Assembly (NCBI RefSeq): GCF_009914755.1
Contig: NC_060926.1
Length of the DNA: 64,000 nucleotides
Direction: 5' to 3' (one strand)
Source: the human T2T-CHM13v2.0 reference genome, Homo sapiens
This document shows positions 1 to 13,788 of the stretch, piece by piece (within the stretch, counting starts at the first letter, position 1; each line of letters begins with the position of its first letter). The notes below the pieces were generated by a model. That model had not been told where the DNA came from, ran no database searches, and worked only from the letters and a program-made list of their open reading frames with translations. The position numbers and the translations under genes were made by a program.

Positions 1-537
1 TATTCCCAGGCAGAAGTATGGACGCTTCCAAACCTAACAATCTGGGCTCTGGTAATTCAGTCCACTAATGAAATTTCCATCAAATTCTGCTGTCCCAGCA
101 TTTTCATCCAAGCTGAGGCATTCAAGACCTAATCTGTGCTTCCCACAGAGCTGAAGGGTGTTAGAGGCTGCTGGATCAGAGAATCTTCTGCGGCAGTCTT
201 GGTCTACAACAAGCTGGACCTGGAAAAACAGGAAATTGGTATTATAATGGGTTAATTAAGATATGATGAGTTAATTAAGGAATCAACTTTATTTTTGCAT
301 TACTAATACAGGAATGCATAGCCAGTGTAAAAATGTCAACAATTTAGAAGTATACAGAGTTCAAAGTAAAAGACCAACACACTCATAGCTGTATGGAACC
401 CACTCTATTCCCCAGAGTAAACACAATGAAATATTTGGTGTTATACTTCTAGAACTACCACTGTGCATTTATATACAATACATACACAGATATAGATATG
501 CTGATATTGAAAACATGTATATGTCATTATGCTATAA

Positions 538-869
<332 letters not shown>

Positions 870-1118
870 GTTCTTTAAAATTTAATAAGTTGCATTTTTT
901 ATATTAGTATAAACAGATACATGGTACCTAAATATTTTTAAATGTTAACCTTTTATTTTGTGATAGAGATGTATCATTCACAGTTTAATTCTCTTTTGAG
1001 GAAAAATTAGTTCTGCTTTCATATGTCTCCTATGCAAAACAAATGCTCCAAAGAACATATACATTTCTTTGGGCAATTGTGTTTTTTTATTTTTTATTTT
1101 TTTACCTAGGATACTGCT

Positions 1119-1518
1119 TGCACTATTTTCTAGGGCTGCCATGATAAAATACCACAGACTTGCTGGCTTAACCGAAAATTTATTTTCTCACAGTTCTGGA
1201 GCCAAGAAGTCCAAGATCAAGGTTACGGCAGGGTTGGTTTTTGATAAGGATTCTCTCCTTGGCTTGCAGACAACCACCTTCTAGTCATATATGTATCTTT
1301 ATATGGGCTTTCCTTTATGTGTGTCTGTGTCCCAGTCTCCTCTTCTTATGAGGACGTAGTCATATTGGGTTATAACCTACCCTAAAGACCTCATTTTAAC
1401 TTAATTACCTCTTTGAAGACCCTATCTCCAAATATAACACATTGTGAGGCACTGGGGATTAGGATTTCAATTTCAACATATGAAGATTTTGGAGGTGGGC
1501 ACAATTCAGCCCATCACA
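1119..1518 (-). mobile_element. MaLR solo LTR (MLT1B-like)
   Basis: CTAGGGCTGCCATGATAAAATACCACAGAC...TCTCACAGTTCTGGA...GACCTCATTTTAACTTAATTACCTC...CACAATTCAGCCCATCACA. Confidence 0.88.
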
Positions 1519-1699
1519 ATATTCTAGTTCCATTGTTGATTAATGAATTACCACAAAAATCAATAGCTTAAAACATTTATTTACTTCAGCTCACTGATTG
1601 CTGAGTGCATGTCCCTTTTCTATGAGGTCTGGGGCTGGAGGCTGAAATCAGTTGAAAACTCCGATTGTAGTCATTTCCCATGTGGTCTTCTAGAAGAAA

Positions 1700-2110
1700 C
1701 ACAACCTGTTTCATCACCTCACGAAGCTGGCCAGGATTTTGTGACTTCCTCTACAGAACAGAATATGGCCAAAGTGATATTGTGTAACTTTTGATGATAG
1801 CTCAGAAAAGGCAGTATGATGTCTCCCTTTCTCTCCCTTTCTTGTTCTCTCTCAGGACACTCATCCTTAGAACTCAGTTAATACTCACCTTGTAGTAACT
1901 GCACTAGGAAGTGCAAGGTAGCCCAAATTGAGGGGAACTGAGGCCCCCAACCAACAGCCAGTATCAGCCTCCAGACACTTGAGTGAACAAGCTTCAGATC
2001 ACTCCAGTCCCAGGTCTGCTGGGCCATGTCTGCATTCATGACCCATAAAATCTATGATCATAGTAAATGGTTGTTTTATACCATTAATTTTTGGAGTACT
2101 TTGTTACAAA
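1700..2110 (+). mobile_element. Old MaLR LTR fragment (MLT1G/H-like)
   Basis: ACAGAATATGGCCAAAGTGAT, GAACTGAGGCCCCCAACCAACAGCCAG, TAAATGGTTGTTTTA...TTTGTTACA. Confidence 0.65.
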
Positions 2111-2124
2111 TTGAGAGTATTTGG

Positions 2125-3070
2125 CTTGAGACCTGAAAGATAAAAAATAGTCATCCATGTGAAAATTAGGGTGAGGGGTCTTGCAAACAAAAGGCCCAGC
2201 AAGTAAAAATACCTTGGAGTGTTGCAGGAAGAGACAAAGGTGTGTGTGGCTGGAGACTGATGGGTGACATAGGAAGTGATATAGAATTAGACTAGAGGAA
2301 AACAAGGGAGAAATCCTGAGATAGAGGGAAGAGTTTGAATTTTATTCTAAATTCAGCTGGAAACCACTGGAGTTTTAAAAAGAATGAAATGACCTCGTTT
2401 GATTTACATTGTAGGAAAATCACTATGTTTGCTCTGAAGAGCAAGAGTAGAAAGAAGAATGATGGGTCTTTGAAGTTATTTGGGCAACTCATTGTCATGG
2501 CTTGGGCCCAGGTGGTAGTAGCATCAGTGGGGAAAAGTGGAGAGATTCAAGATGTGTTTCAGGGGATGAACCATAGGACTAGCTGAGAGACTGGATTTGG
2601 GGACTAAGAAGAAGAATGGAATCCAGGGTCATGTGTAGGTTTTGCCATTGAATGGATGCAGGATCCTGTTTGGGGAGGACTGTGATGGAATGACAGGGGG
2701 TTTTGAGGAAGATAAGAATCATAGGGCTCATTTATTTGTTACGTTTTAAACATTTATTAGAGATTTAAGTGAAGATGTTGAATAAATAGTTAGATAAGGG
2801 AGTCCTAGGGTCAGATTTAGCAATATAAATTTGTGAACCAACATTTAGATATTAAATACACAGAGCACTGAGACTAGAAGAGATTAACCAGGGAGAAAAT
2901 GTGACTAGAGAAGGAAATATGCCCCATAGAGAGCACGGGGCACATTAATATTTGGAAAACAGAGAGAAGGTAGGAGACCAGGAAAATATATGCCAAGGTA
3001 GTAAGAGGAGGACTTTCCTGTGTGACAACACAGGGAGAAAATGTTTTCAGAAGGAAGTTAAATAACTGTA
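2125..3070 (-). mobile_element. L2 LINE fragment
   Basis: Purine-rich L2 antisense signature (GAGACCTGAAAGAT..., TTTTATTCTAA...GGAAACCACTGGAG, GAAAATCACT). Confidence 0.7.
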
Positions 3071-3225
3071 GAAATTCTTTCCCACAGCTAAACTTAAATC
3101 TCACTCCATATTACTTCTACATACTGGTATCAGGTCTTAATTCTAGAAAACATACAAAAAGAAATTTTATAAAAATGTTTCCTAGTACTAATGGAAAGAT
3201 AATACATTTTGTAGGTGTTGTGCTC

Positions 3226-3410
3226 TTGATTTGAATCCTGGGGCTACCGCTTCTTATCTGTGTGACTTTGGACAAATGACTTGGCCTCTGTGAACTTCAC
3301 TTTCTTCATTACTGGGACAAGATGGTGATAACTTGCTTTGCAGGGTTATTGAGAAGCTTAGTAAAAATACACGTTACACATCTGGCCAATAATATGTGCT
3401 CAATAAATTG
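3226..3410 (+). mobile_element. MIR SINE
   Basis: TTTGAATCCTGG...CTGTGTGACTTTGGACAAATGACTT...GTGCTCAATAAAT. Confidence 0.8.
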
Positions 3411-3689
3411 AAATAATGATTAAGTTGATCTTCTATCCCCTACAATAGCCCTAGGAAGGGTTGACAATTACTGCCATATTTCTTTTTGAAATCAAGATTT
3501 TCTACATTACCATCTTTCTCCCATTCTCCTCTTTTCTTCTTCCTTTTGCTTCCTCTTCCTACACCTGGCCAATTTATTTCGATCTCAAAGAACTCTAAAG
3601 TAAACAAAGGATATTACCCATCTAGGTAATACCTTTCCATACTACAATGGCATAGGCTGTTTTGTGAAGTAGGGAGCTACTTTAAGAAA

Positions 3690-3950
3690 GTGGCATGCTG
3701 TGGTCAAGAGCTTAGGTTCTTGGGTAATACTATATGGGATTTAATTCCATTTCTACCACTTAGAAGCTATGTGGACTTGAACAATTTACTTAAACTTTCT
3801 ATGTGTATTTTTCTTCATTTGTGAAATAGGGGTGATGGTACCTATGTCATTGGGTTATTACAAGGATCACACAAATTAAAATGGGTAAAGTGCTTAGATG
3901 GGTGCCTCGTACTCAATATTGAGTTAGCACTCAACAAATGTGAGCTACTG
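3690..3950 (+). mobile_element. MIR SINE
   Basis: GTGGTCAAGAGC...CTACCACTTAG...TTCTTCATTTGTGAAATAGGG...GTAAAGTGCTTAG...GCACTCAACAAATG. Confidence 0.82.
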
Positions 3951-4327
3951 TTTACATACAGGCTTTCAAGCAGATGGCTGATGGCCTTCCTTCCAGGATG
4001 TGGTACCAGGGATTTTGTGTCTCCAGGAGGTGGGTGGGGTAATTTCTGAGGCCCCTTCTGACTCTGACATTTTAGGATTTTATAACTAGTGGGACTTAAT
4101 GATTTTGGGGGTTGTTATCTCCAGAGGTGAAGGGGAAACAGAAGTACTTGTTCTTGATTCACAGGAAGCTGAGGCATGTTTAGGAAAATAAATAAAATTG
4201 GGTTAAAAAGTAAAAAACACTTCAATTTTGAATAATCTCTTTTTTTAAACACCAAAACTTCTGATTTTCTGGCTCAGGTTTCCTATTCAGATTTTAATTT
4301 TTTAGAGAATTCATCTTTGGTTATACA

Positions 4328-4520
4328 AGCAGCATGATATAGAAAAAAGAGCACGTTTTCAGAGTTAATTCTAAATTTAACCTTCTACCTTTCTATTACC
4401 ACAGAGTGGCTGAATGTCTCTAAGCCTCAGTTTCCTCAATTTAAAGAGAGAAATAATAATTCTACCTTGCGGTGTTATGTGAGAATTAAGTAAAATAATC
4501 TACATAAAAGTCTCAGCCAG
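4328..4520 (+). mobile_element. MIR SINE fragment
   Basis: TCTCTAAGCCTCAGTTTCCTCA core; TGTTATGTGAGAATTAAGT. Confidence 0.7.
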
Positions 4521-4839
4521 GTGAAAGGATGTTATCCTTCTGTACCTGTCCTGCTGAACTGCAATTGCTAGCTCTGCTTGCTCCCATTTCCTCCCAGATT
4601 CCAAAAATATCAATGCAGATGGCTCTTTTTGAACCTGGGGAAAGTATATTATATATTTGCAGTAGTAGGTCCTGCTATTAGATGATATTTATAACTCTGC
4701 TGAAACCAGACTTATTACTTGAATTAACAAAAAAAAGTACAGTAGTTTCTACAGGTTCTAAAAATATTACTCAGAAATAATGCTCTTTCCAGACCCCTAA
4801 TGCTGAGTAAGGTAAACCTAACCTCTCAGTTTAATAGGC

Positions 4840-5400
4840 TGCTGATAATCCCTCTATGCCAATGGGAAAATTAGCTAGTGCCAGGGTATTTTTAACTGGT
4901 CTGAACAAACACATCTTCATTTGCATCTAGCAAGATGTAACCTTAGCAACAGTGTGTATTTTTGGACTGCTTTTCATTTAATGCAAATGAAGCACCACCG
5001 ATACACCCGGAATCTGATGACAGAATTCAACGTGACCAATTCATGTGTCTGAGGGCTCCAAGTGCCTTGCCGGCCCCATCAAATTCTGATTTCCTGTCAC
5101 CGGTATGAATCAGTATGGCCCAAACTAAAATTATTTTAGAGTATCGATTTTTCATGTTTACTTTCTTTCATGTTTTACTGTCACTCGTATTATAAATGAC
5201 CTGGAGTGTGGGAGAAGCTGTTTATTGTGTAGTGGGCTTAAGTTTCACATTGTGACAGATTATTAAAAATGTGGTTATCTCCTTCTGAACTGTTACCTGA
5301 GGGCAGTTACCTGCCATGTCTGAACCACAATGCCTTCTCTTAATACAAAACAGAGGCGATCATTAATTTGACAGTTTTCCTCCCTTGTAACATTGCATTA
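4840..5400. promoter_or_regulatory. Candidate enhancer (POU octamer pair, RFX, FOX, OTX, SOX, MEIS motifs)
   Basis: Apparently repeat-free; ATTTGCAT 4919-4926, ATGCAAAT 4981-4988, GTAACCTTAGCAAC 4937-4950, AACAAACA 4904-4911, TAATCC 4846-4851, TGACAG 5253 and 5369. Confidence 0.4.
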
Positions 5401-5442
5401 AATACCATATTTGAAACTGATTTTTTGAGTTTATCATTATTA

Positions 5443-5608
5443 CTTTTTAATTGTATGTATTATGTACTTATTGGAGATGATGTGATACTGTGATATATGT
5501 TTATATTATGAAATGATTACCTCAAGCTGATTAACAAAGCCATTATCTCACATACTCATTATTTTCTTTGAAAGTGAAAACATTTAAATTCTACTCTTTT
5601 AGTATTGC
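5443..5608 (-). mobile_element. L1M 3' end fragment (L1MA-like)
   Basis: TGTGATACTGTGATATATGT...AAATGATTACCTCAAGCTGATTAACA...ATTTAAATTCTACTCTTTTAG. Confidence 0.7.
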
Positions 5609-7289
5609 TAAAGAAGCAGGAGGGACATTAGTTTAAGGGCATGCTTCATCTTGCCTGCCATGATGACTGTTAGATAAAATCACTGGTACTTTGAACCGAA
5701 CCAGTTTCTTTTGTAGGGCTGGAAATGGAGATGAAGAAAATTGGTCTTCCTGAAGACTGCTCTCTGCAGCCCTTTGTAGTTGACAGTTGGTTTGTACTCC
5801 TATGTTTGAGCAATTTAAAGATGGACATACAATAATTCTCATTTCCACCTAAAGGAGAGGAACAAAACAACCTGAGTAACAGAGGGCTTTGGCAGTCCTG
5901 TTGGAAAAATGGAAGCTTCCCTAGCACTGGTTTCTCAGTCTTTTGCCTACCACTGCCATAGCCAGCTCTTCTTCAATCTTGTTTAACTACTGTATGTTAG
6001 AATAAGTGAATACACGAATGTATGATAAGCAATTTGTCATCATGACTCCCTAGTCAAAGAATCACACTTGGTTATACTGTCCCACCAACCATGAATTGGA
6101 ACAGAGGGCTCAGGAGTAAAAATTTGAGAATGTGTAAGTATCTGTGTGTGTGTATGCACGTGTGTGTGTGGCTCTTATGTATGTGCTTGTGTGTCTAGGT
6201 TCATGAGTCTGTGCATGTGACCCTGTGACCTAGGGCTGGTAGGCATGTATGGGACTCTGTGAGTTTATATCTGTATATGAGTGTGCCAATAAATTTAGGT
6301 ATATGTAGCTTTTACTTGTTTGTTGTTATATAGGAGGAAGGGAGTAGCTGAGGATTGAGAAGTTCATTTATTCATTCACTCAGGAAATATTCACTTAGAG
6401 GATAAGAGGGTCAGACTGAGTGGGTGAGGTCATTGGTGCAGCCAATGGAGGAATCATGCCAAATAGTGATGGAGAAATGCTGGTCTCTCTTGTGTGCTTT
6501 GAATAGCACTTTGCAAACGCCTCTATAGAGGCTCAGGTGACAGCTGTGGGAATCAACGAAGCCCTTTAATGATCTTCAAGGCCATACATATTAAGCTGTA
6601 AAAAACAGAGAGCTCTGTCTTTTTCTTCCTGTCTTCTACTCTATTCCCCTTCCTTGCATACCCAAGCCCCTTCTGGTACATCCTACTTCACCCTAAGGAG
6701 ACAGACACTAACCTGATGTACTCCTTCTAATGCAGCTCAAGAGGACAAGTTCCTGTCCAACTGGTGAAGTTTCTGTTGCTCACAGTGAAGGCCCTAGGAC
6801 ATCGTCAGGGGCTTAGGATGCAGTCTAACTCATTTCACATTGTGTTATTAAAGTCAGGAAAGTCAGTTAGGGAGATTGGTATTATCCCAATTGTCACCAG
6901 AGGAGCATTTTTGAGTGTTCTAGAGAGCAAAAAGAAAGTTCATCATTTTTACTTGCATCAGGAACGATGGCAGGAATTATGTGTCAGTTGTGTTTCTGGA
7001 AAGGAGAAATGAGGGCAGCACTTCCCAGAAAGAAGACATGCCCTGCTCAAGGCCTGGCCAGGGTGAGCTGTGATGGGAACCCGAAGCTCCCAGTTCAAGA
7101 TCTTCTAAAACCCCTATTCCCGTGTGAATGCTGTCTAATTTCTCTTTTCCCAAAAGATTTCTAGCAGAATAAATGTCTCCGGACCTGCCTCTGTGTTTAA
7201 CTATTGTGTGCCAGAATAAGTCCTCCTGGAGCATTTCAGGCTCTGCTCCACAGCACATCCTGCAGGCATTTACAGCCCATAGGCACTTG

Positions 7290-7445
7290 GACCAGTGTCT
7301 ACTCTTTTATGTGATTTTCTCATGTCCCAGGTGAGGCAGGTGATTACAACTATTCTAAAGGTAGAGAAACTGAGGCTCTGAGGGGTAGATAGTAAGATGC
7401 AAAACCAGAACTGAAGGCTCAAACCCAGGTTTTTACTGACTGGAG
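7290..7445 (-). mobile_element. MIR SINE fragment
   Basis: GAGAAACTGAGGCTCTGAGGGG...CTCAAACCCAGG. Confidence 0.65.
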
Positions 7446-7559
7446 CACAGTTATTTTTTTACACACCCGCCTCCCCCACACACTAGGGGTTCCTGAAGAG
7501 TAGAAGCTCCATCTTGCTCCTTGGTGCACCTTTGCCCTTGAGCTTGGGGCCTGGCTTGG

Positions 7560-7990
7560 TGTGTAGGGTTAATTTCCCCAAGAGCCAGACTCTGGAACTG
7601 GAAGAGGAAGCTCATTGGAGAATCTCCTTAGGATCAGTCAATGCCTGTGGAGGAAAGAAAGCAGCAGGACTGGGCAGAGGGAAAACGACAAGAAAGGTAT
7701 CAGCCGATCCCACGGGCAGTGCTGGAGCTGGGATGGCCCTTCAGAGTTGTGTTCAATACAGGGGAGGGCTCTAGGCCTTTCTAGCCTGTTATTGACCAGT
7801 CACTGGATGCGAGCTGCCTCCAGGAAAGGGTGTGACATTGGGCGAGGTGATTCTCTTTAAGGAATTCAGGGACTCAGGGAGAGGAACTCAATTAAGTTCA
7901 GAGGAACTCAGAGTCGCCTGCTGCCAACACTCCCAGCAGCTGGGGAATGAGTGACTCAGCCCCATGGGGGTATCTGGGTGGTACACTACA
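7560..7990 (-). mobile_element. ERVL solo LTR (LTR16A-like)
   Basis: Reverse complement reads ...CCACCCAGATACCCC...CATTCCCCAGCTGCTGGGAGTGTTGGC; also GGACTGGGCAGAGGG and GGAGCTGGGATGGCCCTTCAGAG. Confidence 0.78.
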
Positions 7991-8169
7991 GAACAAGTGG
8001 GAAAGGGCTGTGACATCACCTCTTCTCCACAACTTGCTTCCCCGTTCTCTTACCACCATGCAATCCTGGTGTATGGTTCGTTTTTCCTGCATGAGGCAAC
8101 CCAGCTCTTTGGATATTGCTGTCTTCCATGCTCCACTTCTTACTGTGACTGTGTTCTGAACACTGCTTC

Positions 8170-8285
8170 TGCATGTGCACGTGTGTGTGTGTGCGTGTAT
8201 GTGTTCATGAGTGTGGGGGCTGTGTGTGGAGGGGGTGTATGTGCGCATGTGTGTGTGCAGACATGGCTGTATGAACATGTGTTTG
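8170..8285. repeat. Degenerate (TG)n low-complexity tract
   Basis: GTGTGTGTGTGTGCGTGTATGTG... Confidence 0.85.
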
Positions 8286-10220
8286 TTTCTCACCAGCATC
8301 AAGGCTCATTTTTATATGTCTTTCAGGCAGGGACCTCAGTTTTCCCAGCCACCCTGCCTTCCAGGTACAGCTCCGGGGGTGAGAAGAGCATCAGAGCCCT
8401 GACTCTGCTTTGCTTCTGTGCTCAGGGTATCTTTGGACCCCAAACTCATGACGCTGGGAACCTACCCAACACTTATGAGAACAAAGACTACACCCAGTGG
8501 GAGAATGACTCCAGGTTCAGCAGGGCTGAGGTCCCTGGCATCCATCTGGGAACTCTTGGACTCCTTGCCAGGGAGGGGCCCCACTGTAGGGGTCAGTGGA
8601 GACAGCTTTGGCAGCAAGGGGTTCAGAGGACAGATGCTGAGGCTGAGGCTTGTTCTGGAACAGAGGCTCCATTCTCCATGGAGGGGTCATCGGTCAAGCT
8701 GTGGCAAGCTCTCCGACCCCCCTGAATGCAGACTCTGTGAGATGTGATAAACCAGGCCACGGGACATGATGCCCCTCCCTGAATAGTTCTGTGACTGGAC
8801 AGATTTCTCCCACATTCCAGAGGCCACACCAGGGGCCTGGTGTGAAAAGTCTTCCCCACAGGGGGTCATCCTTGACCACTGCCCACACTTCACATTTTCT
8901 AATCAGAGAGCTGGGTTCCACCATCCAGCTGGTCCACAGCCTGTGGAATTCCGTCACTCTCCAGGCTGCCTTCCAGGCTGATGGGCCACAGGGTGGAGGA
9001 GGTTGCTACATATTTGGGCAATTTCAGGGAGTCCAGAAAGAACTTCTGGCTCCCCCAAGTCCTGTTTCTTGGCTTTTGCCATGAGATTCCTGCTGCTTGA
9101 TACCAGAATTCCCTTTTAGCAGACGACAACATTTTTTGAAGATAGCTCAGACATGGAGAGCACCTTTGAGGGTAGGTAGGAGTGGGGCACAGTGTTAGAG
9201 ATAGGCCCCTTCCTGGGAGCTGGATATTTTGGTGAAGAGTGAGGAGAGGAACGAGACCCTGAAATGGGGAAGGCTATGGAATGCAATGGAACCCAGAGGC
9301 TGGAAATGGCATCAAGACTAAGGCTACCGAATTTGCCAAGTTGTCAACACTGTCTCAATCTGCCTGGCAGGGGACCTTGATAAGGTCAGAGAGAGTATTG
9401 ACATAATTTCACAGACAGGCTCAAGCGTGGGCTCACAGTGCTGTGTGTTACATCATGCTGTGAAGTGGGTGTGTCCCCAAGGTTCCTCATGAGGAAGCTG
9501 GCTCAGAAACACAAATTGGGTGCTCATTTGTAAAATAGATCACTTCTCTTGGAGTCAAGCAAAGTTTTCCAGAGGAGGCAACATCTGAGATGGGGCTTAA
9601 GAAGCAGGTTAGGAGTTCTACAAACAGGCCTTTGTCCCAGGCTCGCTTTGCACTGAGGGAGTTCTCAGAAGGAGAGGGCACTGCCTGTAATTTTAGGGTC
9701 CCCTGGAGACGTAGCTGAAAGCCATAGTCCTCATCACTGGATAGATCGATAACTGGTAGGAACTTACAGAAGCAAGAGCAGTCAGAGAAACAAAGATGCT
9801 TTGAAAGTTACAAAAGAGAAGAGAATGACTAAGGCAGAGAGAGAATTTATACAAAAGTTGAACATGAAGTTACCATGTTCTTTGAAAATAAAAGATGATT
9901 TTGTCTCATAGACTTCATTTTTTTTTTCTGTCTGGAATCAGAAGCCTCATAGGAAGAGATTAAGGGAGAAGGCAGCCTGGAGTGGTTGCATATCTGCAAC
10001 AGAAGTACTTATGTGTCTTTAACAAAGAAAACTGAGAGGTGACTATAGCTCACTGGAAAGGGCCCTGGGCGAGGCTGCTGGTTCCTGCCCCTCCCAGATG
10101 CTCTGTGAGCTCTCCGTGTGTCCTTGGGCAAGCCCCTTGCCTTCTCTGGCTCTCCCATGGCAAAATCATTAACTGAAAGGTGCCTTTAAATTCTCACCCT
10201 CTATGGATCTATTTTTAACC

Positions 10221-10243
10221 AAAAAAAAAAAAAAAAAAAAAAA
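10221..10243 (+). repeat. Poly(A)23 tract
   Basis: 23 consecutive A. Confidence 0.95.
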
Positions 10244-11099
10244 TCACACTTACTCCCACACTGTGAGCTTGCCATAACAACATTTGTAGCTACACAAACT
10301 TCCCAGAATCAGAAAGAAATAGCATTTGTGAAGTGTCAGCTCATCAAAAATTACTGGCAACCAGAGGGTTCCAAGCCCATCCCCAAAACCTGCTCCATGA
10401 TGTGAACATAGGCCAGGCAGGCGCCTTCCCCGCACGATGCCTCTCGGGCCATGTTCTTGCTGACTACGCCACATGTTCTCACAACAGAAATAGAATCCGT
10501 CTGTCACACAGCAAGTGCACTCCTGGGAGAGTGAAGTGTGTGAGTATGTGTGTGCGTGTATGTATTTTTTTATTTAATTTTTTTTCTAGATAATTCTCTG
10601 TCAAAGAAAGTTATTTCGGAAGCAGGGGGCATGAGGCCCTGGAAAGCTGTTAGCTCCCTGCTAGACAAGTCACTTATCACAGCATCTTGGCATCCTCAAC
10701 TAGAGACAGTGCCAAGAATGCTCAGCACATGCCCTGCAGGGGTGTCATGCGGCCCATGTTGGGGACTCATAGACTTTTTGGGTGTGAAACTCCACTGCAA
10801 AGCAAAGTATCCCCAGATGATTGGGACACATTAGTTGCCTTCTCCTAATCCTAGATTCAGGACTCCCATGAGCTAAACTAAGCTGGTAGCTCTGAGCTCA
10901 TGCCATCCTTAGATCAGAGACCAGCTCCTCTGAGATCACTCTTTCCACTATCCACTTGGTACAGCCTCTCTGACAAGGGGCATCCAGCTGCCTAATCATC
11001 CATCTGAGGTCTACACAGTGGCCAGTGGGGTTTCTTTTATCCTAATATGATCTCACTGTTGAAACTATCAGCAACTCGAGAAACTCTTCATAGGAGGAA

Positions 11100-11295
11100 G
11101 AATCTGGAGATTGGGCTCAAGCCCAAACACCCCCCACCAATAAGTTGCATAACCTTAGGCAGACTTTTTAGATCTCTCTGTGCATCAGTGTCATCTGTAA
11201 ATTGGGGATCATGAAAGCATTTGTCTTACCATCTTGTGGGTTCTCGTAAATATGACCTATGCCACTGGGCATCAGATAATGTTAAGCACAGTCTG
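11100..11295 (+). mobile_element. MIR SINE fragment
   Basis: ACCTTAGGCAGAC...TCTCTGTGCATCAGTGTCATCTGTAAATTGGGGAT. Confidence 0.6.
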
Positions 11296-11467
11296 AGCTG
11301 GGCAAGGGCCCCTGGGTGCTGTGTACATGGTACACTGCCAGACACCTGCAGCTAAGAAGGTGGGATAAAAATAGCGCCCAGATGACAACTGCCAGGCAGA
11401 AAGCTAGAATTTAGAGTGCAGGACCTCTGGAATGTGAGAGATCAGAGGAGGTAAAGTCATCGGCAAG

Positions 11468-12367
11468 TTTTTGTTTTTTTTTTTCTTTTCAACTTTTATT
11501 TTAGAATCAGGGTCCATGTGCAGGTTTGTACAAAGGCATATTGCCCGATGCTGAGGTTTGGGGTATGATCGAAACTGTCACCCAGGTAGTGAGTATAGTA
11601 TCCAATAGGTAGTTTTTCAGTCCCTCCTCTGCACCCTCTAGTATTCCCCAGTGTCTATTGTTCTCATCTTTATGTCCGTGTGTACCCAGTGTTTTGCTTC
11701 CTGTTAGAAGTGAGAGCATTCTGTATTTGATTTTCTGTTTCTACATTAGTTAGCTTAGGATAATGGTCTCCAGCTGCATTCATGTTGCTGCAAAGAGCAT
11801 GATTTCATTATTTTACATGACTGCGTAGTATTTAATGGTATATAAGTATCGTATGTTCTTTATTCAATCCACCCTTGAAAGGCACCTGAGTTAATTCTAT
11901 GGTTTTGCAATTGTGAAGAGCACTGTGACAAACCTACGCATGCATTTGTCCTTTTGATAGAATGATTTATTTTCCTGTGGGTATATACCCAGCAACGGGA
12001 TGGCTAGGTCGAATGGCAGTTCAACTCTTGGTTCTTTGAGAAATCTCTAAACTGCTTTCCACACTGGCTGGACTAATTTACATTCCCATCGACAATGTAT
12101 AAGCGTTCCCTTTTTCTCTGCAGCCTCGTTAACATCTGTTATTTTTTGATTTTCTAACAGAAATCATTCTGACTGGTGTGAGATGGTATCTCATTGTCTT
12201 TCTTTGATGATTAGCGATGATAAGCATTTTTTCATATGTTTGTTGGCTGCTTGTATGTTTTCTTTTGAGAAGTGTCTGTTCCTGTCCTTTGTCCACTTTT
12301 TAACGGGGTTATTTGTTTTTTGCTTGTTGATTTGTTTAAGCTTCTTATAGGTTATGGAAATTAGATC
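11468..12367 (-). mobile_element. 5'-truncated L1 (old primate L1PA13-16-like): 3'UTR plus ORF2 C-terminus
   Basis: T tail; CATGTGCAGGTTTGT...GTCACCCAGGTAGTGAG; ORF 12191-12391 encodes L1 ORF2-like [30 protein letters not shown]. Confidence 0.93.
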
Positions 12368-12426
12368 TCGTTTCTTGAAGGAGACCCACATCTAGGCAGT
12401 TCTCCCTGCCCGTGCCAGAATGTGTC

Positions 12427-12789
12427 TGTATCAGTCCATTCTCACACTGCTAAAAAGAACTACCTGAGACTGGGTAATTTATGAAGAAAAAAGGTTTAAT
12501 TGACTCACAGTTCTGCAGGCTTAACAGGAAGCATTACTGGGAAGCCTCAGGAAACTTACAATCATTGCCCAAGGTGAAGGGGAAGCAAGGACCTTCTTCA
12601 CATGGTGGCAGAAGACAGTGAAGAGGGAAGTGCCACACACTTTCAAACTACCAGATCTCACGAGAACTCACTCACTATCATGAGAACAGCAAGGGGGAAA
12701 TCTGTCCCCATGATCCAGTCACCTCCCACCAGACCCCTCCTCCAATTTGACATGAGATTTGGGCAGGAACACAAATCCAAACCATATCA
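12427..12789 (-). mobile_element. THE1D-like MaLR solo LTR
   Basis: TGTATCAGTCCATTCTCACACTGC...GAGACTGGGTAATTTAT...GAGAACTCACTCACTATCATGAGAACAGC...CCAAACCATATCA. Confidence 0.92.
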
Positions 12790-13492
12790 ATTTTCCTTCG
12801 GACACCCCCTCAGCCCAAGGGATCATTGGTCTCCCCACGTATGTGAGCCTTGCCCGCCAGCTTTGTGACAGGTCCCTGAGAGAGAATAGAGATACTGGTT
12901 TCCTGTTGTTCCCCAGACCTGTCTAGCTGGGTAGGCTCATTCTAGGTGCTCAGGGTCCCTTTTAGGGCCATTCCTTAGCCTGTCACCCCACTGGGCACAG
13001 CTTGGCTATTCTCCTGGGCTGCTCTACTCAGCCAGTTCTCAGCACACAGATGTCTCCCTGCACTGTCCTCTCCCTGTGACCCTCTAGTGGGGCCAAGCCT
13101 CTGCCTGTTGCCAGACTCACTCATTCATTCATTCATGTCTGTCATCTTTTCCTCATTTAACAATAGTCTGTACATTTTAGACTCCAGGTGGACACTGGAG
13201 ATGAAGAGATGAGTGGGCATGGTCCCTGCTCATGTGGATTTTGGAAAGTTCCTTAATGAATGACTCCCCTACCAGCCCTAAGGAGTCCTGACTAGCTTGT
13301 GGCTGAGCTGAGGAATGGACAGCTATATTTAAATTGGGCCCATCAGCAATGAGCATGCAGAACAACTAGTTATTTCCTTTCATCCACACAGCAGCCTCTG
13401 TGAGAATTTTTATACCCATTTTCCTGATAAGGCAACTGAGGCTAGGAGGAGACTAGTAAGAGGTAGAGCCAGGATTAGAAATAAAGCCTTCT

Positions 13493-13788
<296 letters not shown>

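Noticed and set aside
7964-8725. 253-aa ORF, the longest in the window
   Set aside because: Starts in an LTR16 fragment and runs through a (TG)n tract (CVCV repeats); no recognisable domain
10221-10243. Orphan poly(A) as a possible processed-pseudogene tail (also the A/AAAC tract at 38869-38919)
   Set aside because: No upstream AATAAA, coding remnant or TSD visible
13076-13092. Weaker CTCF-like motif CCACTAGAGGGTCA on the minus strand
   Set aside because: Mismatch in the conserved GGCR part; not supportable without ChIP data
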